The position numbers and the translations under genes are program-made. A stretch of 59,777 bases of DNA from a virus. Taxonomy: Duplodnaviria; Caudoviricetes. The stretch lies in IMG/VR virus record IMGVR_UViG_3300044825_002288, positions 1 to 59,777 of that record. One strand, written 5' to 3'. The notes under the pieces were generated by a model, which worked only from the letters and a program-made list of their open reading frames with translations, did not search any database and was not told the origin of the DNA. Shown here in pieces: positions 19,439 to 28,090 of this stretch (position 1 is the stretch's first letter; the number at the start of each line of letters is the position of its first letter).

Positions 19439-20198
19439 TTTTCAACTGCCAAAACCGCAAAAGTTTGGTGAACATCATCCATCCTTTGTGTAATTCATCG
19501 TCAGACCATTCTTTAACCACTACAAGGCCCGGAACATTACGAGAAACAAACACATTTGCACATCGACCAAAAAACATATTTAACCCCATACGATATGCCG
19601 CCAACTGCATAAGATGCTCGTCATATCCCTCAACTTTCTCAGGATCGGTAAATTCCTTGGTTTTGATATCCAAGATAATCCCGACTGAAGAGTCATCGAT
19701 GCTTTTGGCATACATGTCGCACTTGCCACCGAAGCCCATGTCATGAGCGAAGGCTTGCTCGCAGACCCAGTTTTGCGCTCCGAACTCTTTTGCTAAAACC
19801 TTTTCTACTCCCGCCACATGCTCAGTATGGGAGTAGTCTTTTTGGCCCTCGTAATACTGTTGGATTGCTGCGTGGATCTTGGTTCCCTCATCAGCTGCCG
19901 CACGACCCTGCTCTTTTGAGTCTTCCATAATCCGCTCAAGGTAAGACTCTTCTGTCTCCCCCTCCCGGCGTGGAAGGGTCAATGAAGCAAATAAGACCTG
20001 CTGCATCTTCCACTTTTCAAGCCCAGGCTTTGCCGCCACCCCAAGGATGGTCGTGACCGATGGAACTAAATTGTGCTTACGGGCGTCCCGCAGGGTGGTA
20101 TTGCGGATCTTTCCGTTTGCTCCCTCAACCTGATACATGGGCTCACCCGTGCGGGTGTACCAATGCCCTGCCTCAGCCGTGTATGTCGATACCTTCAT
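19425..20198 (-). CDS. PD-(D/E)XK exonuclease-like protein
   Basis: PSVTTIL, GTKIH, GGKCD, LDIKT and QLAAY motifs. Confidence 0.8.
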   Translation of the reverse strand: MKVSTYTAEAGHWYTRTGEPMYQVEGANGKIRNTTLRDARKHNLVPSVTTILGVAAKPGLEKWKMQQVLFASLTLPRREGETEESYLERIMEDSKEQGRAAADEGTKIHAAIQQYYEGQKDYSHTEHVAGVEKVLAKEFGAQNWVCEQAFAHDMGFGGKCDMYAKSIDDSSVGIILDIKTKEFTDPEKVEGYDEHLMQLAAYRMGLNMFFGRCANVFVSRNVPGLVVVKEWSDDELHKGWMMFTKLLRFWQLKNDHK

Positions 20199-20418
20199 TT
20201 TTCACCTCCGTAAAGTGTTTCATCAAGTTGTGCTTCTCAATAAACGATTCCAAGTCGATCTTTACATTGCCCTTTTGGGCAAAAACATTAAGAATCATTT
20301 GAAGTATTAAGCACACTTCCTTTGCGGTGATGTCATCGGATGGGGAAAATAGAAACGATCGGTTGTTTAATTGAAAGTTGAGACTACAAACCTCAACCAA
20401 TGTGGGTTGTTCGTCCAT
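20173..20418 (-). CDS. Hypothetical protein
   Basis: GGGGAG RBS; in the leftward operon. Confidence 0.6.
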   Translation of the reverse strand: MDEQPTLVEVCSLNFQLNNRSFLFSPSDDITAKEVCLILQMILNVFAQKGNVKIDLESFIEKHNLMKHFTEVKNEGIDIHG

Positions 20419-20426
20419 GTCTCCCC

Positions 20427-21035
20427 CTAAAACGGCCGAGTTTCGTCAAGACCGGAAGTATCAAATTCAGGCGGCTCTTTGATCACCTTCCACTCAGGGG
20501 CTGACATGATGTCGGCTTTTAACTTCTCGGAGAAAGAATCGAACATCTCCATGTCCGGATTCTCAATATCAAAGATTTGAAGCGGATTAAAACCCTCAGG
20601 TAACCCTGCCTCTTTGATTGACTTCATGACTGGGTTGATGGCTTCAATCTTTGAGTAGGTTTTTCCGTTGGACTCTGCCCTTGTAACGGTAAGCATCGCC
20701 CACGCCCCGAGGATGTTTTTAAGTTCAAACCCTCGAAGCTCTTGGGCCGTAAACTCTTTGCCTCGCCACATCTGAAGATCTTTGCGAAGGTTAGACTTAT
20801 CAGCCAAGGTGCAGTTGTAACTCTTGGAAATCGATAGCGGTCGGCCATCGGAGGTAACTAAGGGGCGTCCATTGTCATCCTCCCCATGAACCTCAAACTG
20901 GATCATGACAGTCGGTTGGTACTTATCTTGAAACCCCTTTTGCGTGCCTTTATCGACAATCCGATAGCACCGGGCTAGGTGCATCCCCGCGGGGACGCCA
21001 ATGAAATCACTTGAGTCTTTAACGATTAACGGCAT
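20427..21035 (-). CDS. Putative ssDNA-binding/recombination protein
   Basis: G.HLARCY..VD.GTQ and LRKDL..WRG..F motifs; acidic C-terminus ending PF; adjacent to the exonuclease. Confidence 0.6.
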   Translation of the reverse strand: MPLIVKDSSDFIGVPAGMHLARCYRIVDKGTQKGFQDKYQPTVMIQFEVHGEDDNGRPLVTSDGRPLSISKSYNCTLADKSNLRKDLQMWRGKEFTAQELRGFELKNILGAWAMLTVTRAESNGKTYSKIEAINPVMKSIKEAGLPEGFNPLQIFDIENPDMEMFDSFSEKLKADIMSAPEWKVIKEPPEFDTSGLDETRPF

Positions 21036-21178
21036 TTTTTTTCCTTTCCTAAGCCACATTCGTAGCGAATAACTTCCCAATCTTCCTCAGTAGCCACCCC
21101 GGCTTTTGCCCGGGCAATGGCCTCCTCGCACCTTTGCATCCTCTCCAGCATCAACTCATGAACCCATGCTTCTTCCAT
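21026..21178 (-). CDS. Small hypothetical protein, first gene of the leftward operon
   Basis: AGGAAGGA RBS before the ATG at 21178. Confidence 0.55.
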   Translation of the reverse strand: MEEAWVHELMLERMQRCEEAIARAKAGVATEEDWEVIRYECGLGKEKKCR

Positions 21179-21212
21179 GCTTTCCTTCCTTTCCTGTTGG
21201 TACAACACCCTA

Positions 21213-21241
21213 ACCATAGCAAATATAAGTTCAACTTACAA
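21213..21241 (-). promoter_or_regulatory. Leftward sigma70-like promoter TTGTAA-N17-TATGGT
   Basis: AT-rich divergent intergenic region; 17-bp spacer. Confidence 0.55.
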
Positions 21242-21246
21242 GATAC

Positions 21247-21274
21247 TTGCAATTTCAAATTAAATAATTATGAT
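21247..21274 (+). promoter_or_regulatory. Rightward sigma70-like promoter TTGCAA-N16-TATGAT
   Basis: Precedes the GAGGAGG RBS of the Cro-like gene. Confidence 0.55.
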
Positions 21275-21297
21275 CTTATATTTATGAGGAGGACATC

Positions 21298-21507
21298 ATG
21301 ACCCTGCAGGAATACTTTGCCGATAAGAAAAGGGGCGCCAGAGTGGCTTTGGCTCAGGATCTTGGGATCACCCAGGTATGGTTAAGCCAGCTGATTTCAG
21401 GCCGTCAGGTCTGCTCGCCGGAACTGGCTTTGAAGATTGAAAAGCTCACGGAAGGGGCCGTTACCCGCATGGACTTGCGGCCGGATCTCTTTGGAGAAGT
21501 CGCATGA
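21298..21507 (+). CDS. Cro/YdaS-like HTH regulator
   Basis: LAQDLGITQVWLSQLISG...IEKLTEGAVTRMDLRPDLF. Confidence 0.85.
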   Translation: MTLQEYFADKKRGARVALAQDLGITQVWLSQLISGRQVCSPELALKIEKLTEGAVTRMDLRPDLFGEVA

Positions 21508-22151
21508 TTTGGTACAAATTTTTCCTTGGCGACTATATCCGGGACACCCACCATTTGGCTGATGCCGAGGACTTGGCATACCGCCGATTGATTGATATGT
21601 ACTACATGTCGGAGGGTCCCATCCCACTTGATACCAAATTGGTTTCCCGCAAGATCAGGCTTGATGAGGACATAGTGGTTTTGGTACTCAATGAGTTCTT
21701 CGATAAGACCCCGGAGGGCTATCGGAACGCCCGATGCGATAAGGAAATCATGAAATATCAACATCAGGTGAGCATGAATAGGCAGTCGGCGGCCAAAGGC
21801 GGGAGGCCGAAGAAAACCGAATTGAAAACCGAATCGAAACCGAACCATATCCCTAATCAGAAGTCAGATATCAGAAAAAACATAAAAACCACATCGTCGG
21901 CAGAGCCGACTCGGTTCGAGGATTTTTGGTCTGCATGGCCAACATCCAAACGCAAGGTTGGGAAAGCCGCCTGCGAAAAGAAGTGGGTCAAGCAGGGATT
22001 GGATGAGGTTGCCGATCGGATCATCGGCCATGTCACCAGCATGAAAGGGACAGAGCAATGGCAGACCGGATTTGAGCCTGCCCCCCTGACCTACATCAAC
22101 CAAAAAAGGTGGCAAGACGAGACTCCGCAGGTTGTCAGGAGAGTCAAGTGA
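21504..22151 (+). CDS. YdaU/DUF1376-family replication initiator-like protein
   Basis: WYKFFLGDYIRDTHHL...AYRRLIDMYY N-terminus; FEDFWSAWP...KVGK and P.TYINQKRW.DE C-terminus. Confidence 0.85.
   Translation: MIWYKFFLGDYIRDTHHLADAEDLAYRRLIDMYYMSEGPIPLDTKLVSRKIRLDEDIVVLVLNEFFDKTPEGYRNARCDKEIMKYQHQVSMNRQSAAKGGRPKKTELKTESKPNHIPNQKSDIRKNIKTTSSAEPTRFEDFWSAWPTSKRKVGKAACEKKWVKQGLDEVADRIIGHVTSMKGTEQWQTGFEPAPLTYINQKRWQDETPQVVRRVK
21814..21844 (+). repeat. Three AAACCGAA direct repeats inside the initiator gene (candidate ori iterons)
   Basis: Copies at 21814, 21826 and 21837, followed by an A-rich stretch; lambdoid origins lie inside the initiator gene. Confidence 0.6.
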
Positions 22152-22495
22152 TCGGCCATATGCCTCTAATTCGCATCAGAATGGCCCGTAAGGCTCCCAA
22201 AGCGGTGTGGGTATGGGTAGGTATGGGCAGGGATTTTTGGGCCTCGCATTGGGAAGAATTTTCAGACCTCTATGACCACCCCGAAGTGGTGATTGAGGCC
22301 AAGGACAACCCGAAGTTCTTGGACCTGCGGTTTATGAAAAACCTCCAAGTCCATGTCGATGGGAATGAATCGACTGCCCGGATCTTGGATGTGCATGTTG
22401 CCTGCCTCAAAGCTGGGGCGAAGGATGTCTTCACCTTCCATAAGGGTGAGTTGATTTGGGATAAGGGGGAGGACTATGCACCTACTAAAGGCTGA
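22148..22495 (+). CDS. Hypothetical protein
   Basis: GTGA overlap with the initiator stop; fills the gap to the helicase. Confidence 0.6.
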   Translation: MIGHMPLIRIRMARKAPKAVWVWVGMGRDFWASHWEEFSDLYDHPEVVIEAKDNPKFLDLRFMKNLQVHVDGNESTARILDVHVACLKAGAKDVFTFHKGELIWDKGEDYAPTKG

Positions 22496-23426
22496 TGACA
22501 TTGACTTCAATGCCTACCTGAAGGAGACCGAGGCGTCGGTAAAGGTTCGGGAGGCGGCGGTCTACCTCGATGAAATTGTGCAGGACACCATTTCAGGGGT
22601 AAAAGAAAGCCCGATCCTTTTGCCGTGGACTAAGACACACCAAGACTTTTCCTACCGGCCGGGGGAGGTGACGCTTTATGCCGGGTCTAACGGTGGTGGT
22701 AAATCTTTGATCACCGGACAGATTGCTCTAAGCCTGATCCGTCAGGGGCAAAAGATCTGTATCGCCTCCTTTGAGATGAAACCCAAGCGGAGCCTTGAGC
22801 GGATGCTCAGGCAATTCTCAGGCGAGAACATCCATAAGCCCAGGTTTATGGAAAAAGAGAAGTACATCCAGGGCTTGGTCTGGCGGTTGAAGTCTTTTTC
22901 CCAAAATCGGCTTTGGTTTTACGACCAACAGGGTACGACCTCAGCTGCCCAAGTCATTGCCGTATCGAGGTATTGCGCCAAGGAGCTTGGTGTAACCCAT
23001 ATGTTTATCGACTCCCTGATGAAGTGCGTTCAGGGGGAAGACGACTATAACGGGCAGAAATGGTTTATCGATGAGCTTTGTGCATTGGCCCGAGACCACA
23101 ACATCCATATCCACCTAATCCACCACATCCGAAAGCTGGCCAACGAAGAGTCAACGCCAAACAAACACGATGTCAAGGGGACGGGAGCGATCGCAGACCA
23201 AGTGGACAATGTGTTCTTGGTTTGGAGAAACAAAAAGAAAGAGCATCAGATGTCAGCTGGAGCTGCGGTAGATCCGATGACTGCAGACGCCATGTTGATG
23301 TGCGAAAAACAGAGAAACGGCGAAACTGAGGATTGGTATTCCCTTTGGTTTCATCGAGACTCCCAGCAGTTTGTTGAAAGTCATGATGCGATAGCGATGA
23401 GTTTTGATGAAAAAGGCAATTTCTGA
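22476..23426 (+). CDS. SF4 (DnaB/T7 gp4-like) helicase domain protein
   Basis: RPGEVTLYAGSNGGGKS Walker A, SFEM, FIDSL, IHHIRK, KGTGAI.DQVDN and KQRNG motifs. Confidence 0.85.
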   Translation: MHLLKADDIDFNAYLKETEASVKVREAAVYLDEIVQDTISGVKESPILLPWTKTHQDFSYRPGEVTLYAGSNGGGKSLITGQIALSLIRQGQKICIASFEMKPKRSLERMLRQFSGENIHKPRFMEKEKYIQGLVWRLKSFSQNRLWFYDQQGTTSAAQVIAVSRYCAKELGVTHMFIDSLMKCVQGEDDYNGQKWFIDELCALARDHNIHIHLIHHIRKLANEESTPNKHDVKGTGAIADQVDNVFLVWRNKKKEHQMSAGAAVDPMTADAMLMCEKQRNGETEDWYSLWFHRDSQQFVESHDAIAMSFDEKGNF

Positions 23427-23649
23427 AGGCGGCTTGGATGAAAAGCTCAAAAATTGGAAAGAAGGCCAAGGTGACGATGAAAGCAGACACCGACACCTCG
23501 TCCGCTGGGTCATTCGGATGCGTATCGAAGACCGAGACAAAGCACACAAGTGGCTTCAGGGTTGGAACGAAAAACATCCCGGCTCTATTTTGGAATCCGA
23601 TGTCATATCCCAATGGCAAAAAGGTAATAAAGGCGAGGGTTGGAAATGA
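23404..23649 (+). CDS. Hypothetical protein (start uncertain)
   Basis: HRHLVRWVI...QWQKGNKG pattern; fills the gap between helicase and RusA. Confidence 0.55.
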   Translation: MMKKAISEGGLDEKLKNWKEGQGDDESRHRHLVRWVIRMRIEDRDKAHKWLQGWNEKHPGSILESDVISQWQKGNKGEGWK

Positions 23650-23993
23650 TTGAGTTGACGCTGCCTTGGCCACCATCGGTTAATCACTATTGGAGGTCAT
23701 ACCGCGGCATGGTGGTAATCAGCGAAGCCGGCCGCAAGTATCGGAAAGCTGTGGGAGAGCAGGTTTTCTTGCAGACCCGCGGGAAGTCAACGGTCGGAAA
23801 GTTAAAGGTGGTCATCGAAGCCTGGCGTCCGGATAACCGTAGGCGGGATCTCGATAACTTATTGAAAGCTGTCTTGGACTCAATGGGCCATGCGGGGCTT
23901 TACATTGATGACTCACTAATTGTGGATCTGAGAATTTATTGGGCGCCAGACATAGCTGGCATGTTGAAAATCAAGATTGAGGAATTGAATTGA
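23646..23993 (+). CDS. rusA: RusA-like Holliday junction resolvase
   Basis: LPWPPSVNHYWR...PDNRRRDLDNLLKAVLDS...DDS. Confidence 0.9.
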   Translation: MIELTLPWPPSVNHYWRSYRGMVVISEAGRKYRKAVGEQVFLQTRGKSTVGKLKVVIEAWRPDNRRRDLDNLLKAVLDSMGHAGLYIDDSLIVDLRIYWAPDIAGMLKIKIEELN

Positions 23994-24196
23994 AAAAGAC
24001 GACTTGTTGGGCAATCAAGCTAAAGCACGGAAAGTTTGTGCAGCACCCCTTGGACATGAAGTATTGGGAGGCTGAGAGGACTATGACCTTTCGCACCCGT
24101 AAGTTCGCTCAGGAATGGTTGGACGGAAATCCGTTTTGGAAAGGAAGAGGCGAGGTTATGAAAGTCACGATAACAGTCAGAGGAGAAGGCGAATGA
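23990..24196 (+). CDS. Hypothetical protein
   Basis: TTGA overlap with rusA; GAGG RBS. Confidence 0.55.
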   Translation: MKKTTCWAIKLKHGKFVQHPLDMKYWEAERTMTFRTRKFAQEWLDGNPFWKGRGEVMKVTITVRGEGE

Positions 24197-24525
24197 GTCA
24201 GGACAGAGATCCACATAAGGCGGTCGATTACATCTTTGATAACGCAGGTAACTTTGCAAAGGCAAAAGCGGAACGGATTTATCTTGAGGAGTTCCGCAAG
24301 TCTAAGAAGGCTTTGCTGATGAAGCGCAGTCTTGAGGAAACGATCGGGGCTCAGGAGCGCGAGGCATACGCCCATGAGGAATACAGGGCGATCCTTGAAG
24401 GCTTAAGAAGTGCAATCGAGATTGAAGAAAAACTTCGTTGGGAACTTATTTCTGCTCAAACTCGGGTTGATATTTGGAGATCAGAGCAAGCAAACCTGCG
24501 GTTAGAGGGAAAGGTGACGCTATGA
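24193..24525 (+). CDS. Conserved phage coiled-coil protein
   Basis: AKAKAERIYLEEFRKSKKALLM...AQEREAYAH; RBS AGGAG. Confidence 0.7.
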   Translation: MSQDRDPHKAVDYIFDNAGNFAKAKAERIYLEEFRKSKKALLMKRSLEETIGAQEREAYAHEEYRAILEGLRSAIEIEEKLRWELISAQTRVDIWRSEQANLRLEGKVTL

Positions 24526-24749
24526 CCCAACCAGTCATCAGCGTGGGTGACTGGGTTTTGGTTTGCGAGACAGGCGAAAAAGGACAAGTCCTCGATGTAT
24601 TTGATGATGGTGAAAGATTTTTAATCAGCATTCCGAAAAATGATAAATGGCCATATCCAAGAAGAGCGCATGTGATGATCGAAAAGATCCGAAAGATTCG
24701 TCCCCCAAAGGAAGAGGGGCCGAAGTGGGAACAACCGACACTTTTTTAG
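24522..24749 (+). CDS. Small SH3/KOW-like hypothetical protein
   Basis: VGDWVLV..TGEKGQV; ATGA overlap. Confidence 0.55.
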   Translation: MTQPVISVGDWVLVCETGEKGQVLDVFDDGERFLISIPKNDKWPYPRRAHVMIEKIRKIRPPKEEGPKWEQPTLF

Positions 24750-24757
24750 GAGGAGCT

Positions 24758-24961
24758 ATGAAAGACCTTTTAGATTTAAAAAAGATTTGGGAATGGATTG
24801 TGACTCGGTGGAAAGAATCATTTGGTTGGATTGTCATTTGCATCATCGCTTTCATATTCGGGATGCAATGGCAACAAAAGGAAACTACAGACGATTGCAG
24901 GATCATGGGGTCGTTCAGAGATAACACCCAGGCGTATTCGTGTCAGGTTAGGGTTCGATAG
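24758..24961 (+). CDS. Small membrane protein
   Basis: [11 protein letters not shown]; one TM helix. Confidence 0.6.
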   Translation: MKDLLDLKKIWEWIVTRWKESFGWIVICIIAFIFGMQWQQKETTDDCRIMGSFRDNTQAYSCQVRVR

Positions 24962-24969
24962 GAGCAATC

Positions 24970-25161
24970 ATGAAAAAAGTAGAAGACGGCGCAGATCTTG
25001 GTGGGCATGTAGTTGCGTTGAATAGCCTGATGACGCAATTAAATAAAGAGGCAAGGCAAACCTATAAGCCTAATTATCAGGCGATTGCCAACATCGCAAG
25101 CTCAATGAAGATGCACGCAACGGTTATCGAGAGCTCAATGAAGCGGGAGCTTAAACAATGA
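24970..25161 (+). CDS. Hypothetical protein
   Basis: AGGAG RBS; in the operon. Confidence 0.6.
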   Translation: MKKVEDGADLGGHVVALNSLMTQLNKEARQTYKPNYQAIANIASSMKMHATVIESSMKRELKQ

Positions 25162-25490
25162 AAAAGCTACTGATTGCCTTGATGTTCATTCCAGCTATGG
25201 CCCGGGCTGAGTTCCTAACCGGAAACGATCTCTTTATGAAACTCACCGGAGATCTCGGAGACAGGATGTATGCCCTTGGGTATGTCGTTGGAATCTACGA
25301 TGTCAATGTTCATGTGACGATCTGCCCGCGGGTGGAAAGCACCATAACGGCCGGCCAAGTAAAAGACATCGCCCTTCAGCACCTAACTAATAACCCGGGG
25401 CAACGACACCGAAACGCTGAAGCCTTGGTCAGAGAATCTCTTGCTAAGGTTTGGCCATGCCAAAACAGGGGCTCAAGGAATCCGGTATGA
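25158..25490 (+). CDS. Secreted Rap1a/Tai-like immunity-family protein
   Basis: Signal peptide (MKKLLIAL...ARA), TGNDL, GYVVG..D, CP, T.GQV.DI, NP..RH..A, WPC. Confidence 0.7.
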   Translation: MKKLLIALMFIPAMARAEFLTGNDLFMKLTGDLGDRMYALGYVVGIYDVNVHVTICPRVESTITAGQVKDIALQHLTNNPGQRHRNAEALVRESLAKVWPCQNRGSRNPV

Positions 25491-25684
25491 CCAAGAGAAG
25501 CCAAAAGCAGCGGGTGCTATACCGCTTAATCAAGACCGGCAAGATCACAACTGCTCAAGCGGAAAAGATGAGGATTGATCGGTTGTCCTCAGCGATTCAT
25601 CGCCTGAGGGCTGAGGGTTACAAAATTGACTCAATTCGAGAGGCCGATGGGACGACCTACTACAGACTGCGAGACATCTTATGA
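25487..25684 (+). CDS. Small winged-HTH protein
   Basis: SQKQRVL..L...GKIT...A...I.RLSSAIHRLR.EGY.I. Confidence 0.7.
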   Translation: MTKRSQKQRVLYRLIKTGKITTAQAEKMRIDRLSSAIHRLRAEGYKIDSIREADGTTYYRLRDIL

Positions 25685-25890
25685 AATATGTATTGATCGC
25701 TTTGCTTGTCGCCATCCTCGGGGTGTTAATTGAGAGTCGCTTAAATGACCAGTACCAGCTCGGATACCAGGAAGGGGTTAAGACTGCGTTAAAGACTAAC
25801 CCGCCCTCTGAGGAGCTTGAGCTGGCCTGCGTAGGGCTGTGGATTGGGGAGCAGAATCGAAAATATTGGCACAAGGAAGCAAGCCGATGA
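25681..25890 (+). CDS. Small membrane-anchored hypothetical protein
   Basis: N-terminal TM helix; ATGA overlaps on both sides. Confidence 0.6.
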   Translation: MKYVLIALLVAILGVLIESRLNDQYQLGYQEGVKTALKTNPPSEELELACVGLWIGEQNRKYWHKEASR

Positions 25891-27407
25891 AATATTTGTC
25901 CGTGTGCTCAGGTATTGAGGCAGCCACCTCGGCTTGGCACCACATGGGATGGGAGCCGGTGGCGTTCTCTGAAATTGAGCCATTCCCATCAGCCGTGCTT
26001 AAGCATCACTACCCGAATGTGCCGAACCTGGGCGATATGACTAAATTTAAGGAGTGGAATCTTGGATCAATTGACCTTCTTGTCGGAGGAACCCCCTGTC
26101 AGTCCTTCTCAGTCGCCGGACTCAGAAAAGGATTGGACGATCCGCGTGGCAACCTCATGCTCACCTTTGGTGCCATTGCTCGCCACTTCGCTCCCCGTTG
26201 GTTGGTTTGGGAGAATGTCCCTGGGGTCTTGTCGTCAAACGGAGGACGGGACTTTGGTACCTTCCTCGGAATGTTGGGAGAACTCGGGTATGGGTTCGCC
26301 TACAGAGTTCTTGACGCTCAGTACTTCGGAGTGGCCCAAAGACGCCGCCGTGTGTTCGTTGTCGGATGTCTTGGAAACTGGCGAGCTGCCGCAGCGGTTC
26401 TTTTTGAGCTCGCAAGCATGTCAGGGAATCCTCCGCCGAGCAGAGAAAAGGGGCAAGGAGTTACCCCCGGCTCTCCACCAGGCCCTCAGTACGGTGGCTC
26501 AAACGCAGAGTGTGCCGATACCGTCACAAGCAAATGGGCAAAAGGATCAGGAGGACCCTCAGGAAATGAGGGAGGATTATTCGTAGCCCAACCGGTCGGT
26601 CTGCCTGAGGTCATGTCCACCTTGTTGTCATCGACTGCCGGGGTATCCCGCCCCGGTAATGCGGCTACAGAGCATGAGACCTATATTCCGATGGCTTACC
26701 GGAAATCTAAGCGAGCTCATACCCAAGACGATGATGAGACATGGGTAGATGATGGGATTGCCAATACCGTCAACCTATTCGATCAAGGCGATACGCGCAC
26801 TACCCATGCCGTAGTTCAACCGATTCCGTTAGATTCCATGAACATCTTCCGAAGCCCGGAGGCAGACGCTTCAACAGGTTGTGGATTGGGGGAGGAGGGA
26901 GAGGCGATGTTTACCCTTACCAAAACAAACCATCACGCTGTAGCTCAACCCTTGAACATTTATGGTGGTAACAAGCGATCTGACAGGCCGGAGGGCGGGT
27001 TTTATGTCCGGATGAATGAGGACACAAGCAAAACCTTGGACGCCACTTCAGGGTTAAATCCGACTGCCAATCAGGGCGGGACTGCGGTGATGCAGCCGGT
27101 TGTCTTTCAGGAAACTGCCGATCCATTGACCGCTTGTTTTGCCAAACATCACGGCGCAAGCGGCGGGAAAGACAGCATTCCGCACAATCATGTTATGCAG
27201 TCGATGGCTGTGCGCCGCCTCACCCCGCGGGAATGTGAGCGGCTTCAAGGCTTTTCCGATGACCACACCCTGATCCCGTGGCGGGGCAAGGATGCCTCCC
27301 AATGCCCGGATGGCCCTCGATACAAGGCTTTAGGCAACTCTATGGCGGTTCCGGTCATGGCTTGGATCGGGGAGCGGATAAGGATGGTCTGTGAACTACA
27401 GAAATAA
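25887..27407 (+). CDS. DNA (cytosine-5) methyltransferase with a long variable region
   Basis: Motifs I (SVCSGIEA), IV (GGTPCQ), VI (ENV), VIII (QRRRRVF), IX (RRLTPRECERLQGF) and X (YKALGNS). Confidence 0.92.
   Translation: MKYLSVCSGIEAATSAWHHMGWEPVAFSEIEPFPSAVLKHHYPNVPNLGDMTKFKEWNLGSIDLLVGGTPCQSFSVAGLRKGLDDPRGNLMLTFGAIARHFAPRWLVWENVPGVLSSNGGRDFGTFLGMLGELGYGFAYRVLDAQYFGVAQRRRRVFVVGCLGNWRAAAAVLFELASMSGNPPPSREKGQGVTPGSPPGPQYGGSNAECADTVTSKWAKGSGGPSGNEGGLFVAQPVGLPEVMSTLLSSTAGVSRPGNAATEHETYIPMAYRKSKRAHTQDDDETWVDDGIANTVNLFDQGDTRTTHAVVQPIPLDSMNIFRSPEADASTGCGLGEEGEAMFTLTKTNHHAVAQPLNIYGGNKRSDRPEGGFYVRMNEDTSKTLDATSGLNPTANQGGTAVMQPVVFQETADPLTACFAKHHGASGGKDSIPHNHVMQSMAVRRLTPRECERLQGFSDDHTLIPWRGKDASQCPDGPRYKALGNSMAVPVMAWIGERIRMVCELQK
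26062..26586 (+). CDS. Nested alternative-frame ORF within the C5 MTase (beta-polypeptide-like)
   Basis: AAGGAG 7 nt before a TTG start; SLSDVLE...PQRFFLS..AC.GILRRAEKRGKELP motif. Confidence 0.5.
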   Translation: MDQLTFLSEEPPVSPSQSPDSEKDWTIRVATSCSPLVPLLATSLPVGWFGRMSLGSCRQTEDGTLVPSSECWENSGMGSPTEFLTLSTSEWPKDAAVCSLSDVLETGELPQRFFLSSQACQGILRRAEKRGKELPPALHQALSTVAQTQSVPIPSQANGQKDQEDPQEMREDYS

Positions 27408-27687
27408 GACCCTTTTAGAGATCGTCCGGGAGTCTCCCTGCCAGCTCTGCGGGGCCCAAGACGGGACGGTGGTGGCTGCCCACTCCAACCAGCAGCGGGA
27501 CGGCAAGGGAACGGCCATAAAGGCCCACGACTACCGGATAGCCGCCCTGTGCTACTCCTGCCATATGGAGCTGGATCAAGGCTCTAAGATGAGCAAGGAG
27601 GACCGGCAGGACCTATGGGAAATGGCGCACCGCAAAACGGTGGGGTGGTTGTTTGAGTCCGGGAGGCTAAAGGTAATACCTGAGTAA
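27391..27687 (+). CDS. Zn-binding YbcO/DUF1364-like putative nuclease
   Basis: CQLCG...TVVAAHSN...GKG...K..D...AALCYSCH..LD. Confidence 0.7.
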   Translation: MNYRNKTLLEIVRESPCQLCGAQDGTVVAAHSNQQRDGKGTAIKAHDYRIAALCYSCHMELDQGSKMSKEDRQDLWEMAHRKTVGWLFESGRLKVIPE

Positions 27688-27710
27688 AAAGTAGGGGATA
27701 TTAAAATATT

Positions 27711-27739
27711 TTGACATTTCTTAAATTTGGACTTATAGT
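27711..27739 (+). promoter_or_regulatory. Near-consensus sigma70 promoter TTGACA-N17-TATAGT
   Basis: Perfect -35, 5/6 -10, AT-rich upstream element; precedes a run of small ORFs. Confidence 0.85.
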
Positions 27740-27783
27740 TTCTCTACGGTCATCGTGATCGTTTAGGAAAGGATAGGAAAGAA

Positions 27784-28080
27784 ATGAACACTACTGACAT
27801 CATCACCTCTGACATTGATCGCTTAGGTCTTCTCTTGGCTGAGATCGATCGTTTGTCCAAAGAAGCAGAATCAATCAAAGACAATCTCAAAGACATTGCG
27901 ATTCTCCCTGAGGGTCAACATGAGTTCATCGGCAATCTGTTTCGGGCTTTAGTCGTTGAGGCAGATCGTAAAGTTGTGAACTACAAAAAACTCTTTGCCG
28001 ATCTTCAGATCACAGAAGAAGTGGTTGCCAAGTACACCAAGACCACGCCCGTTATTTCTGTCAAAACCACCGCACGATAA
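27784..28080 (+). CDS. Hypothetical (early-type) protein
   Basis: AGGA RBS; first gene after the strong promoter. Confidence 0.7.
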   Translation: MNTTDIITSDIDRLGLLLAEIDRLSKEAESIKDNLKDIAILPEGQHEFIGNLFRALVVEADRKVVNYKKLFADLQITEEVVAKYTKTTPVISVKTTAR

Positions 28081-28090
28081 GGAGATGATG

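Noticed and set aside
18822-23993. Integrated prophage or lysogeny module
   Set aside because: No integrase, CI-like repressor, partition genes or flanking host genes; the contig closes on itself.
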